Shown: positions 48,575-60,235 of the stretch, piece by piece
Layout of the letters: the number at the start of each line of letters is the position of its first letter
Position numbering within the stretch: position 1 is the stretch's first letter
Assembly (NCBI RefSeq): GCF_006345805.1
Contig: NC_043020.1
Span: forward strand, 12,648,001 to 12,712,000
DNA: 64,000 nt
Source: Octopus sinensis
Lineage: Eukaryota
Direction of reading: 5' to 3'
Notes under the pieces: generated by a model
Database searches by the model: none
What the model was told of the DNA's origin: nothing
What the model saw: only the letters and a program-made list of their open reading frames with translations
Program-made: the position numbers and the translations under genes

Positions 48575-51349
48575 AACTCATTGCTACTCTAAAGACAATT
48601 CCAGGATTCCAGGAGTATTTTCTTTTTCTTTTTGTTTACAGCTGAACATCACCATTCCTTCTATTAATCTCTGCCTACCTCCATCAACATAGAGAAACTT
48701 GAGTTACTACGTGTAATGCCTTACTAATCGCTGTGTTATACCCACAAGCATAGCGTGTAACCCTTTTTGATTTGGCTGATCAAGGTAAAAAAAAAAAAAA
48801 AAAAACCCTGTTCATCATTTACTTCCCAGTTCAGTGGTGCCGTTCAAGAATTTGGACCTGGAGATCTCCATTTCCAGCAACTTCGAGGGGCCACCTCCCA
48901 GTGGTGTCAGGCGTCAACGATGAGCCCTCGACTACAACAAGACGACCAGAGTTTGTTTTTTTTCCCTAAGGTCTGGGGTCTCCCGCTCCTAAGCCCTAGA
49001 CCATCACCTAATCACCCTTACCCGTTTTTTTTGCTTAACAACAACAACAGTTCAGTGCCTAGCAGGATTCATTAAGCTGTTAAAGTAATTGATCCAACCA
49101 ATAAAACAATTGGGTTCAGCCATTGGATATTATTTGGGGAAACCTTTAGTTTAATGTGAAATACTGTCTGAGAATATTGGAGTTCTGCTGTGCACTCATT
49201 TGGTGCCAGTGTCTACAAATGGGAAATGATTTAACCCTTTAGTGTTCGCATTATTCTACCAAAATTAATCCCTTTTTATCCCCATTGTTTTGAACTATCA
49301 TGCATTATCTTGAAGCTATGAGAATTTGATGAGGCAGATGTTAATTTTTAAAACAATATTGTAGGGTTGGTGTGAGAGACCAGATCTGGCCAGTTTGAAC
49401 ATAAAACAGGCAGTATACTTTTGGCCGGATATGGGCGGTTTAAATTTTAAAGGGTTAAATGAAGAAAGTTTTCTACCGGTGACTGAAGTTCTGAAAATAA
49501 TAAAACCTAAACTAAAAGCAGCATTTTGATGTATCGCATTGATATTTCTCATGATTGGATTTTATTTTGTATATTTTGAGAGGCCCTCAGGTAACTGGGT
49601 TAGTCTGGTGTTTCAGCCTCGGGCTAAAAGCTGATACTTTGCCTCATGTTGCTTTCTGCTGAGCCATACTCTTGGCTATGAAACACTACTTTTTGTGCTG
49701 TGCTCCCTTTTTTAGTTAGAAATAGGGGTCATGTTGTTGTCCCAGCTTGCAGTGTTTGTGTTCAAGTCTTCCCTTTAATCTCAAGAATGCCACAAGAAAC
49801 CACCTGTGTGTATTTCTGCTTAATGAGGATCTTGCAGTGTGGAAGAAACAACCCCCCCCCCCAAAAAAAAAAATTTATCTCTCTGCAACACTTTTGATGT
49901 TGTGTGAATGACTGTTTAGAAATCCAGAAGAGGATTCTTTAGATCTGATGATTAGGTTTGGTTTCAGGGTATGAAGCGGAAAAGAGATAAATCTTCCCTG
50001 GATGAGATAAGTCTTTCACTTGTTAACATTCCCTGAGGATTCGGTATTTAATACTATCGACAGTTAGGAGAGCTGTGATAATATTGTACTAATGTGTGCT
50101 ACAACAGTAACATTGACCACCACTAATACTACCGCAATGACAGTACCAACCACAAAATAACATTAACCGTATCGACAACTATAATAGCAACATCATTAAC
50201 AAGTACTACTATCACACTACAGAAACAATAACTATTTCTTTACTACCCAGAAGGGGCTAAACACAGAGGGGACAAACAAGGACAGACAAACGGATTAAGT
50301 CGATTATATCGACCCCAGTGCGTAACTGGTACTTATTTAATCGACCCCGAAAGGATGAAAGGCAAAGTCGACCTCGGCGGAATTTGAACTCAGAATGTAG
50401 CGGCAGACGAAATACCACAAAGTATTTCGCCCGGCGTGCTAATGATTCTGCCAGCTCGCCGCCTTAAACAATAACACCATCGACTGCCACCGCAGCATCA
50501 ACCACAACAATACTAACCATAGCACCTATACTACAAAAGGGACACTAACCATCACAGCATTATTGATTACCATGGCCATGCTGTAGCACCTGTTGCAACA
50601 TCAACCACCACCACCACCACCACAACAACAATAATAAAATTAATACCAAACATTACAATACTAAACATAACAGCAACAGCAAAAATATCATAACAACACC
50701 AACAACTACAGCAATAATAATAGCACAACAACAACAACAACAATAATACTAACAACTACAACAACCACTCTGCAGCAACAATAACACCAACAAGCACTAC
50801 AGCTGCACCAACTGCAACATCAGCCACAGCAACAATAATAATCATCCTTTCTCCTAAAGGCACAAGGCCTGAAATTTTGGGGGAAGGGCCTACGACCCCG
50901 GAAGGATGAAAAACATAGTGGACCTTGGCAGAATTTGAACTCAGAATGTAGTGACGGGTGCTAATGATTCTGCCAGCTCGCCACCTTAACGACAGTAATA
51001 ATAATAATAATAAAAGTAATACCAAACACTACAACGCTAACCATAACAGTAACAGCAACAATATTTTATCATAACAACACCAACACTAACAACTACAACA
51101 CTAATCAACACAACGACGACAACAACAGTAATAACACTATCAACTGCAACAGCAACAAAACCATAGCAACACTAACCACCATCACAACTACATCATCATC
51201 ATCATCATTTAACGTCCGTTTTCCATGCTAGCATGGGTTGGACGGTTCGACTGGGGTTTGGGAAGCCAGGAGGCTGCACCAGGCTCCAGTCTGATCTGGC
51301 AGTGTTTCTACAGCTGGATGCCCTTCCTGACTCCAACCACTCCGTGAGT

Positions 51350-52440
51350 GTAGTGGGTGCTTTTTACGTGCCACCAGCACAGGAGCCAGAGGAGGCAGGA
51401 AAATGGCCACAATTGGTGGGTGCTTTTTATGTGCCACCGGCACAGGGCCCAGAGGAGGCTGGCAACAGCCATGATCGGTTGGTGCTTTTTGTGTATCACC
51501 GGCACAGGGCCTAGAGGAGGCTGGCAATGGCCACGATCGGCTGGTGAATTTTACGTGTCACCGGCACAGGGCCCAGAGGAGGCTGGCAACGGCCACGATC
51601 GGCTGGTGCTTTTTACGTGCCACCGGCACAGGGCCCAGAGGAGGCAGGAAAATGGCCACAGTTGTGGTGGGTGCTTTTTACGTGCACCAGCAGAGGAGGC
51701 AGGAAAATGGCCACAAGGTGTGGGTGTGCTTTTTATGTGCCACGGCACAGGGCCCAGAGGAGGCTGGCAACAGCCATGATCGGTTGGTGCTTTTTGTGTC
51801 TCATCACGGCACAGGGCCCAGAGGAGGCTGGCAATGGCCACGATCGGCTGGTGCTTTTTACGTGTCACCGGCACAGGGCCCAGAGGGGCGGGCAAAGGCC
51901 ACGATCGGCTGGTGCTTTTTACGTGCCACCGGCACAGGGCCCAGAGGAAGGCTGGCAACAGCCATGATCGGTGGTGCTTTTTGTGTATCCCGGCACGGGC
52001 CCAGAGGAGGCTGGCAATGGCCACGATTGGCTGGTGCTTTTTACGTGTCACCCACCGGCACAGGGCCCAGAGGAGGCTGGCAACGGCCACGATCGGCTGG
52101 TGCTTTTTACGTGCCACCGGCACAGGGCCCAGAGGAGGCAGGAAAATGGCCACAGTTGGTGGGTGCTTTTTACGTGCCACCAGCACAGGAGCCAGAGGAG
52201 GCAGGAAAATGGCCACAATTGGTGGGTGCTTTTTATGTGCCACCGGCACAGGGCCCAGAGGAGGCTGGCAACAGCCATGATCGGCTGGTGCTTTTTGTGT
52301 GTCACCGGCACAGGGCCCAGAGGAGGCTGGCAACAGCCACGATTGGCTGGTGCTTTTTACGTGTCACCGGCACAGGGCCCAGAGGAGGCTGGCAACGGCC
52401 ACAATTGGCTGGTGCTTTTTACGTGCCACCGGCACAGACG
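51350..52440. repeat. ~61-bp minisatellite (~18 units) expanded from the family C internal repeat
   Basis: Unit ggtgctttttacgtgccaccggcacagggcccagaggaggctggcaacggccacgatcggct, with recurring variant order. Confidence 0.88.
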
Positions 52441-52954
52441 CAAGTAAAAATGTTATTGCTATGACGACAACCTTTGTGTAGATAAACAACTTACTGAATA
52501 AATTTCCATCGGAAAATACAAGGAAAGTTCAATATTTCTTTTACAGTAGGGTGGCGAATTGGTTGAGCTGTTGGCATGTGGGGTGAAATGCTTAGTGGCG
52601 TTTCATCCATCTGTATGTTCTGAGTTCAAATTCTGCCAAAGTCGACTTTGCCTATCATCCTTTCGGGGTCAATAAAATAAGTACCAGTTGAACACAGGGT
52701 TGATGTAATTGACCTGCCTACTCTCCCAAAATTTCAGGCTTTGTGCCTATAATAGAAGGATTATTATTTTTATTATTATTATTATTAAGGCAGCGAGCTG
52801 GCAGAATTGTTAGCACGCTTGACGAAATGCTTAGCAGTATTTCGCCCGTCACTCTGTTCTGGGTTCAAATTCCATTGAAGTTGACTTTGTCTTTCATCCT
52901 TTCGGGGTTGATAAATTAAGTACCAGTTAAGTACTATTGTATTGGCATCCTTTC

Positions 52955-53127
52955 TGTCTCGGGAGACAATGGAGTTGCGCATGAAGTAGTCTAGTCCGGC
53001 TTTTATATTTCATGTCCTGATACATTTCCTGATGTGGCTGTGTAGTCCTATCAGGAATGTATCAGGACATGAAATATAAAAGCCGGACTAGACTACTTCA
53101 TGTGCAATTCCATTGTCTCCCGAGACA
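52955..53127. repeat. 173-bp foldback with self-complementary 14-nt termini, inside a SINE-B
   Basis: tgtctcgggagacaatgg... and ...ccattgtctcccgagaca, arms about 75 bp. Confidence 0.8.
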
Positions 53128-53511
53128 AAAAAAAAAAAAAAAAATCAAATAATAATTTAACAAAGTTAAGTACTGGGGTCAGTGTAATCGACTAGTCCCC
53201 TCCCCCAAAATTCAGGCCTTATACCTATAGTAGAAAGGATTATTATTATTATTATTATTAAGGTGGCAAGCTGGCAGAATTGTTAGCACCCAGTGAAAAT
53301 GCTTAGCAGCGTTTCGTCTGTCTGTGTGTGTTCTGAGTTCAGATTTCACCGAGGTCGACTTTGCCTTTCATCCTTTTGGGGGTCGATAAAATAATTACCA
53401 GTTGCACATTGGGGTTGATTTAATCGACTTTATCCCTTTTCCCCCGAAATCACTGGCCTTGTGCCAAAATATGAAACCAAAGTTTCCTTCACAGTAAACG
53501 GTTTAGTGATG

Positions 53512-53742
53512 GAGGCGAGCTGGCAGAATCGTTAGCACACCGGGCGAAATGCTTTGCGGTATTTCGTCTGCCGTTACGTTGTGAGTTCAAATTCCGCCGA
53601 GGTCGACTTTGCCTTTCATCCTTTCGGGGTCGATAAATTAAGCACCAGTTACGCACTGGGGTCGATGTAATCGACTGAATACCTATGTCTGTCCTTGTTT
53701 GTCCCCTCTGTGTTTAGCCCCTTGTGGGTAATAAAGAAATAG
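53512..53742 (+). mobile_element. SINE family B, clean monomer
   Basis: Complete head-core-tail copy, usable as the family reference. Confidence 0.85.
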
Positions 53743-54056
53743 GTTTAGTGATGGAGGAATAATTGGTGTAGTGATGTTGAAATAAATTCCTCCAACATAA
53801 TTCAACTTTCTGACCATGCAAGTACGGAATTAGGACAGAAAACAATAAAAAAAAAAGTAACCATTTTGTGGTGGGAGAAAACCACTTTTATTTATTTTAG
53901 TGTGAAGAATGAATGGATGGGACGGGGGGAGGGATTCAAAAATTTGCTTGATCTGAAATTGAATAATAAATAAAAAAAAAATTGTAAGCCTAAATTTTAT
54001 TTTATCTTTGAGTAATCCTTATTAAAGTTGTCATCAGTATTCTTTATATCTCCCTA

Positions 54057-54198
54057 TTTATTATTATTATTGTTGTTATTATTATTATTGTTATTATTAT
54101 TATTGTTATTATTATTATTGTTGTTATTATTATTATTGTTGTTATTATTATTGTTGTTATTATTATTGTTGTTATTATTATTATTGTTATTATTATTA

Positions 54199-54230
<32 letters not shown>
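54057..54230. repeat. (TTA/TTG)n microsatellite
   Basis: About 58 triplets; gives the spurious poly-Leu ORF. Confidence 0.9.
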
Positions 54231-54232
<2 letters not shown>

Positions 54233-54464
54233 GGTGGCGAGCTGGCAGAATTGTTAGTATGCCAGGTGTAATGCTTAGCGGTATTTCACCTGTCGCTAAT
54301 GTTCTGAGTTCAAATTCTGCCGAGGTCGACTTTACCTTTCATCCTTTCGGGGGTTGATAAATCAAGTACCAGTGAAACACTGGGGGGAGGGGGGGGTCGA
54401 TGTAATCGACTAGTCCCCTACCCCCCCCCCCCAAAATGGCTGCCGTTGTGGCAAAATCTAAAAC

Positions 54465-54503
<39 letters not shown>

Positions 54504-55086
54504 CATGCTTGTCATATTTTAATAAAATATTTCAGATAAACAATACTCAGGACAAAACAACGTTGTGTCTTTCTTATATTTTCTCTATTGTATCCTCTCT
54601 CTCTCTTACTTCATCCTCTCTCCTACCCCCTCTCTCCTCCCCCCTCTCTCTCATTCTCTTTGTTGTATAGTTGTGTCAGGTCCCGTCCCATTCTCCCAGG
54701 GAATGCCTCATTGTTATTTTACAATTAATACTGCTGCCTCAGCAAAGGTGCTTTTCTACTCCCATATTTCACACATTCCTGGCAATAATGTCTGTGCAGA
54801 TGACTGAGACTTCTTAACCATCTATATATGTGTGTGTGTGTGTGTGTGTACATGGCCATATATGTATGTATATATGTATATTTGAGTAGTTGAATGAATT
54901 ATCTTATTAAGGATAATTCGAATTAACCGATACCTGGGTAGCAAATTCACATCAGAAAAAACACGGTTGAAGTTACGTGCCTAGGGCATAGATTACGTGC
55001 TTTCGTGTGGAAATTTGTATGTTTATTTTAAAAATATAAATTTATGAAAGAATGGAGCTGAATGACGAATTAACAAAATTCCTTTA

Positions 55087-55169
55087 TTTTCGACATATGT
55101 TTCGAAGGCTGCATATTCCTAATTGCGAAGGAATAAGGAGTACATTATGCCACTTTCTCATCAGGAGAA
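55087..55169 (-). ncRNA. Minimal type I hammerhead ribozyme motif (Penelope-associated type)
   Basis: Minus strand reads ttctc-CTGATGA-GAA...TTC-GAAAC-ATAT-GTC-gaaaa: canonical core, G10.1-C11.1, 2-bp stem III with palindromic loop, GUC triplet, stem I with 4/5 pairs. Confidence 0.7.
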
Positions 55170-55381
55170 GCAAGGAACTTATGTCAACATCAAAATGCAC
55201 AAAAAACTTTTAGATGATTGCTCACATGGAGCCCATAGCGATCAATAAATTTATATGTATATATGTATGTATATATATATATATATAAATATACATGTCC
55301 ATATATATATATATATATGTATGTTTACATGTATCTGTGTATATGTTTATATATGTATGTATAAGAATGTTTGGATGTGTG

Positions 55382-55434
<53 letters not shown>

Positions 55435-55657
55435 TTTATTTAAAAGCAGCAGAAATTCACAAAACCTGTTACTCGGAGTTTCACATTCCCGTTCGCCGGA
55501 CAGTTTTGTTAACAAAACTGTCCGACGAACGGCAATGTGAACCTCCGAGTAACAGCTTTTGTTATAGTTCTGCTGCTTTTAAATAAAGTATATTACTCTA
55601 CTCCTGGTATTTGAGTACTCTTTTTTCCGCCTTGTTTCACATTTATGTGTTTACTCC

Positions 55658-55696
<39 letters not shown>

Positions 55697-55724
55697 CATT
55701 ACATAATGTACATGTACATAAGTA

Positions 55725-55755
<31 letters not shown>

Positions 55756-56819
55756 ATATACATACTACATACATAATGTACGTGTATATAAGTACATATA
55801 TGTGTTATGTGTCTCTCTGAATGCAAGTGTTTGTGTCAACGAGTTTGTATTTTTTCCTCGTATAATGCGTGTTCGATGACCGTAAACAAATGACATTGCT
55901 GTACGCTTGCAGTCAACTGTGAAAGCATGTCTGGCTTTCTGAATATGTCTTGACTTGTTGCACCATCTTCATAAACAAAAGCAAAGCTGCCAGCAACTAT
56001 GTCTGCATTGTTCATTGTCCAATAGACCGGGGGTGGGTGGGTGGGAAGGGGGAATAGTACCTTGCTTGGAAACAGGTGAGAGATTTGTGACAAGTACAGA
56101 ATCCTGCCACAGAAGATTTGCCTCAATAATTAAGGCAGCAATCTGGCAGAAACGTTAGCACGCTGAGCGAAATGCTTAGCAGTATTTCGTCTGCCGCTAC
56201 GATCTAAGTCCAAATTCCGCCAAGCCTAATTTGCCTTTCATCCTTTCGGAGTCGATTAAATAAGTACCAGTTATGCATTGGGGTCGATATAATCGACTTA
56301 ATCCTTTTGCCTGTCTTTGTTTGTCCTTTCTTTGTTTAGCCCCTTGTGGGTAGTAAAGAAATAGGTATTTCGTCTGCTGCTACGTTCTGAGTTCAAATTC
56401 CGCCGAGGTCGACTTTGCCTTTCATCATTTCGGAGTCGATTAAATAAGTACCAGTTACGCACTGGGGTCGATATAATCGACTTAATCCTTTTGCTTGTCC
56501 TTGTTTGTCCCCTCTGTGTTTAATCCCTTGTGGGCAGTAAAGAAATAAGATTTGCCTCAACAATTTTCATTTGACCCTTGTCATCATCACCATTTAATGT
56601 CTGTTGTCTATGCTGGTTGGATGGTGTGACCAGAGCTGGCAAACCAAGGTTGGGGGTGCTGCACCAGACTTCAGTTTGATTTGGCATGGTTTTTATGACT
56701 GGATGCCCTTCCTAACACCAACCACTTTACAAAGTATTGGTGCTTTTCACATGTTTCCACATGGGTGCTTTTACGTAGCACCACCATGGGTGCTTTACAC
56801 AGCTACAAGGATTGGTCTT

Positions 56820-57110
56820 AACACTTCTGTTGTGGAGGACAGGTCTTCTTGAGTACAGCCAAGCACCAGGTGGTTTGGCCCCTTATCATCGCGCCTGAAA
56901 GGTTCAGCTTTCTGAGGTCATTCTTCAGTACTTTGTCCCATGTTTTCCTGGGTCTCCTACATTTATGTCTTCCATCCATTTTGAGAGATCAACACTTCTT
57001 TATAGAGCTGTCAGCATCCATCCGCATCACATGACCAAATCAACACAGTTTCCTCTCTTGCACACAGCAACAAATTCCTCTTATGCCTAACTTCTCTCTC
57101 AGAAGGTTCA
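56820..57110 (-). mobile_element. Degenerate RTE-clade LINE fragment (third family), partly duplicated at 57100-57170 and 57460-57590
   Basis: Minus strand encodes GHVMRMDADSSIKKC*...RRPRKTWDKVLKNDLRKLNLS. Confidence 0.7.
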
Positions 57111-57734
57111 GCTTTCTGAGATCATTCTTCAGTACTTTGTCCCATGTTTTCCTGGGTCTCCCACATTTATGTGTTCCATCCAGGCCGTTGCCAGCCTTGC
57201 CTGGCCCCCCCGTGCCGGTGGCATGTAAAATGCACTATCCGATCGTGGCCGTTTGCCAGCCTCCCCTGGCTCATGTGCAAGTGGCACATAAAAAGCACCC
57301 ACGGAGTGGTTGGCGTTAGGAAGGGCATCCAGCTGTAGAAACACTGCCAGATCAGACTGGAGCCTGGTGCAGCCTTCTGGCTTCCCAGACCCCAGTTGAA
57401 CCGTCCAACCCATGCTAGCATGGAAAGCGGATGCTAAATGATGATGATGATGACCCACTTCCAGAGATCAGTACTTCTTTATAGAGCTGTCAGCATCCAT
57501 CCGCGTCACATGACCAAACCAGCACAGTCTCCTCTCTTGCACACAGCAACAAATTCCTCTTATGCCTAACTTCTCTCTCAGAACATGTAAGTATAGAAAA
57601 AGTAGACATTACCCCTTTAGCATTTAAGCCAACCATATCCAACCCAAATATGCTACCTGTTTTATGTCCTAACCAGCTAGATCCAGCCCATCACTCTTAC
57701 CCTTTAATACCATTTTAAAAATATATCATCACAT

Positions 57735-58605
57735 CTCTTTACTCTTTTACTTGTTTCAGTCATTTGACTGCGGCCATGCTGGAGCACCGCCTTTAGTTGA
57801 GCAAATTGACCCCGGGACTTATTCTTTGTAAGCCCAGTACTTATTCTATCGGCCTCTTTTACCGAACCGCTAAGTGACGGGGACGTAAACACACCAGCAT
57901 CGGTTGTCAAGCAATGCTAGGGGGACAAACACAGACACACAAACACACACACATGCATATATATATATAATTATATATTATATATATACATATATATACA
58001 TACACGACAGGCTTCTTTCAGTTTCCGTCTACCAAATCCACTCACAAGGCATTGGTCAGCCTGGGGCTATAGCAGAAGACACTTGCCCAAGATGCCATGC
58101 AGTGGGACTGAACCTGGAACCATGTGGTTGGTTAGCAAGCTACTTACCACACAGCCACTCCTTCATTGAAATTTCAATACTATTCATGTTTAATTCAAAA
58201 TGATGTGACTGAAAAAGCATTGTATTTAACAGAATAATGTGAATGCCAAAAGGTTAAAGCAATGAGGACTGGCTGTGTGGTAAGTAGCTTGTTTACCAAC
58301 CACATGCTTCCGGGTTCAGTCCCACTGCGTGGCACCTTGGGCAAGTGTCTTCTTCTATAGCCTCAGGTCAACCAGAGCCTTGTGAGTGGATTTGGTAGAC
58401 GGAAACTGAAAGAAGCCCGTCGTATATATGTATATATATATATGTGTGTGTGTATATGTTTGTGTGTCTGTGTTTGTACCCCAACATCGCTTGACAACCA
58501 ATGCTGGTGTGTTTACATCTCAATAACTTAGCAGTTCGGCAAAAGAGACCGATAGAATAAGTACTAGGCTTACAAAGAAAAAGTCATGGGGTCGATTTGC
58601 TTGAG
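57735..58605. mobile_element. Head-to-head SINE A pair (57735-58162 -, 58268-58605 +)
   Basis: Family consensus sequence recognised directly. Confidence 0.8.
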
Positions 58606-59131
58606 TAAAGAGTAGTGATGATGATAATAATGATGATGGTGATGGTGATAACAACAGCAGTGATATTGTATCAGACATTAAAATATTGAATCTCACCTTT
58701 TAACATTCTGATTGTCTTGAATTAGTCATGGATTATCTTGTAGCTGTGATGTGATTCTTTACCTTCAGAATGACACCGTAGGATAAGTGTAAGCACTAGT
58801 GCCCCAGGCTGCACTTTTGGGTCTGCTGTAGGGAATGTGTTTTTTTTTTTGTGGGGTCCGGTGGGTGGCAAGTAGAAGAGCCACCCCCGGGCAGCACACA
58901 CTCTAGCTACACTAGTGGGTGTAAGAAGCTAGATCTGGCTGGTTTGAATACCAATGGGTTACATATTGGTTTCAAATTTTGGCACAAGACCAGAAAATTC
59001 AGGGGAAGTGATAAGTCAATTACATTGACCCCAATTCGATTCCAAGCAGTGACCTGAACAATAACAACAACAACAATAATAACATCGAAAAATACCCTAG
59101 GAATGAGGACCCAGGATCAAAATTTCCCCAA

Positions 59132-59177
59132 GACACCTGAAGAAGTCTGGAGGGTATATCAGCCGAAACGTTGTGTT
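59132..59177 (+). ncRNA. Minimal hammerhead variant motif (CUGAAGA-A core, loopless stem III)
   Basis: gacac-CTGAAGA-a-gtctg-gagggtatat-cagcc-GAAAC-GTT-gtgtt: stem I GACAC/GUGUU, stem II with 4/5 pairs, palindromic AACGUU at stem III. Confidence 0.55.
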
Positions 59178-59241
59178 AACAACAAACAAGATGAGGACAA
59201 ATATCCGTCGAATGTAAATAATGTAAATAATCTATATCTCA

Positions 59242-59628
59242 GGAGGCGCAATGGCCCAGTGGTTAGGGCAGCGGACTCGTGGTCATAGGATTGCGGTTTC
59301 GATTCCCAGACCGGGCGTTGTGAGTGTTTATTGAGCGAAAACACCTAAGCTCCACGATGCTCCGGCAGGGGATGGTGGTGATCCCTGCTGTACTCTTTCA
59401 CCACAATTTTCTCTCACTCTTACTTCCTGTTTCTGTTGTACCTGTATTTCAAAGGGCCGGCCTTGTCATTCTCTGTGTCACGCTGAATATCCCTGAGAAC
59501 TACGTTAAGGGTACACGTGTCTGTGGAGTGCTCAGCCACTTACACGTTAATTTCACGAGCAGGCTGTTCCGTTGATTCGGATCAACCAGAACCTTCGACG
59601 TCGTAACCGACGGAGTGCTTCCAAAAAA
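59242..59628 (+). mobile_element. SINE family D with 13-bp TSD aatctatatctca
   Basis: TSD at 59229-59241 and 59629-59641. Other copies at 5160-5467 (-) and 42427-42693 (+). Confidence 0.88.
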
Positions 59629-59814
59629 AATCTATATCTCAATAATTCTATGATATGAAGAAACCGTTTCTTTCTCCAGCATCTGCAACTATTTGTATCA
59701 CAAGTCAGACACGGAGCCTGTTTGAGGTAGCTCGACTTGCTAGAAATAGCAAGCGAATTTCCCTTAAATTACACTATGCTGTCATAAAAAGAAGGCAGCA
59801 TATTTGCAATTCTT

Positions 59815-60235
59815 GGATCTTTTCGGTTTGAACGGCAGTTTTTTCTAGCAGTGTCATATGAAATTGTCACCCATAATTATGACCCTAGTATCGATCTATT
59901 GCATTTCATTCTGTTTTAGGATTAGGGTTAGTTAGGGTTAGGGGTAAGGGTATCTTTTTTTCTTCACAAATGTAAATAAACCCAATCTGTTTCTTAAACG
60001 AGGGACATATTCATACGGCACAGAATGCTTTTTACTTGAATAGACGTAATTGATTGGTTGAAATTGCAGAAATTGAAGAAAAAAAACAACAAATGTCTTA
60101 CAAACTATAGAATTTTCTCAATAAAGCCAAGAGAAAAAGATGTTTTATAAACACATTCTACCAGTATACGAAGTTTAAAATTTTTTAGTTACCTAGAAAT
60201 TATGTTAAAAACTGCCGTTCAAACCGAAAAGATCC
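59815..60235. mobile_element. MITE with 8-bp TSD (caattctt), hAT-like; partial copy 27979-28328, foldback derivative 61001-61212
   Basis: TIR GGATCTTTTCGGTTTGAACGGCAGTTTT; TSD at 59807-59814 and 60236-60243. Confidence 0.85.

Noticed and set aside
51350-52440. CRISPR-like array or 306-aa gene
   Set aside because: Eukaryotic DNA, no unique spacers; the unit is the internal repeat of SINE family C.
54028-54357. Poly-Leu 109-aa ORF
   Set aside because: (TTA/TTG)n microsatellite followed by a SINE B head.
59940-59950. ttagggttag motifs near 59920-59945 and 28080 as interstitial telomere
   Set aside because: Only 2-3 degenerate units, and they are part of the MITE body.
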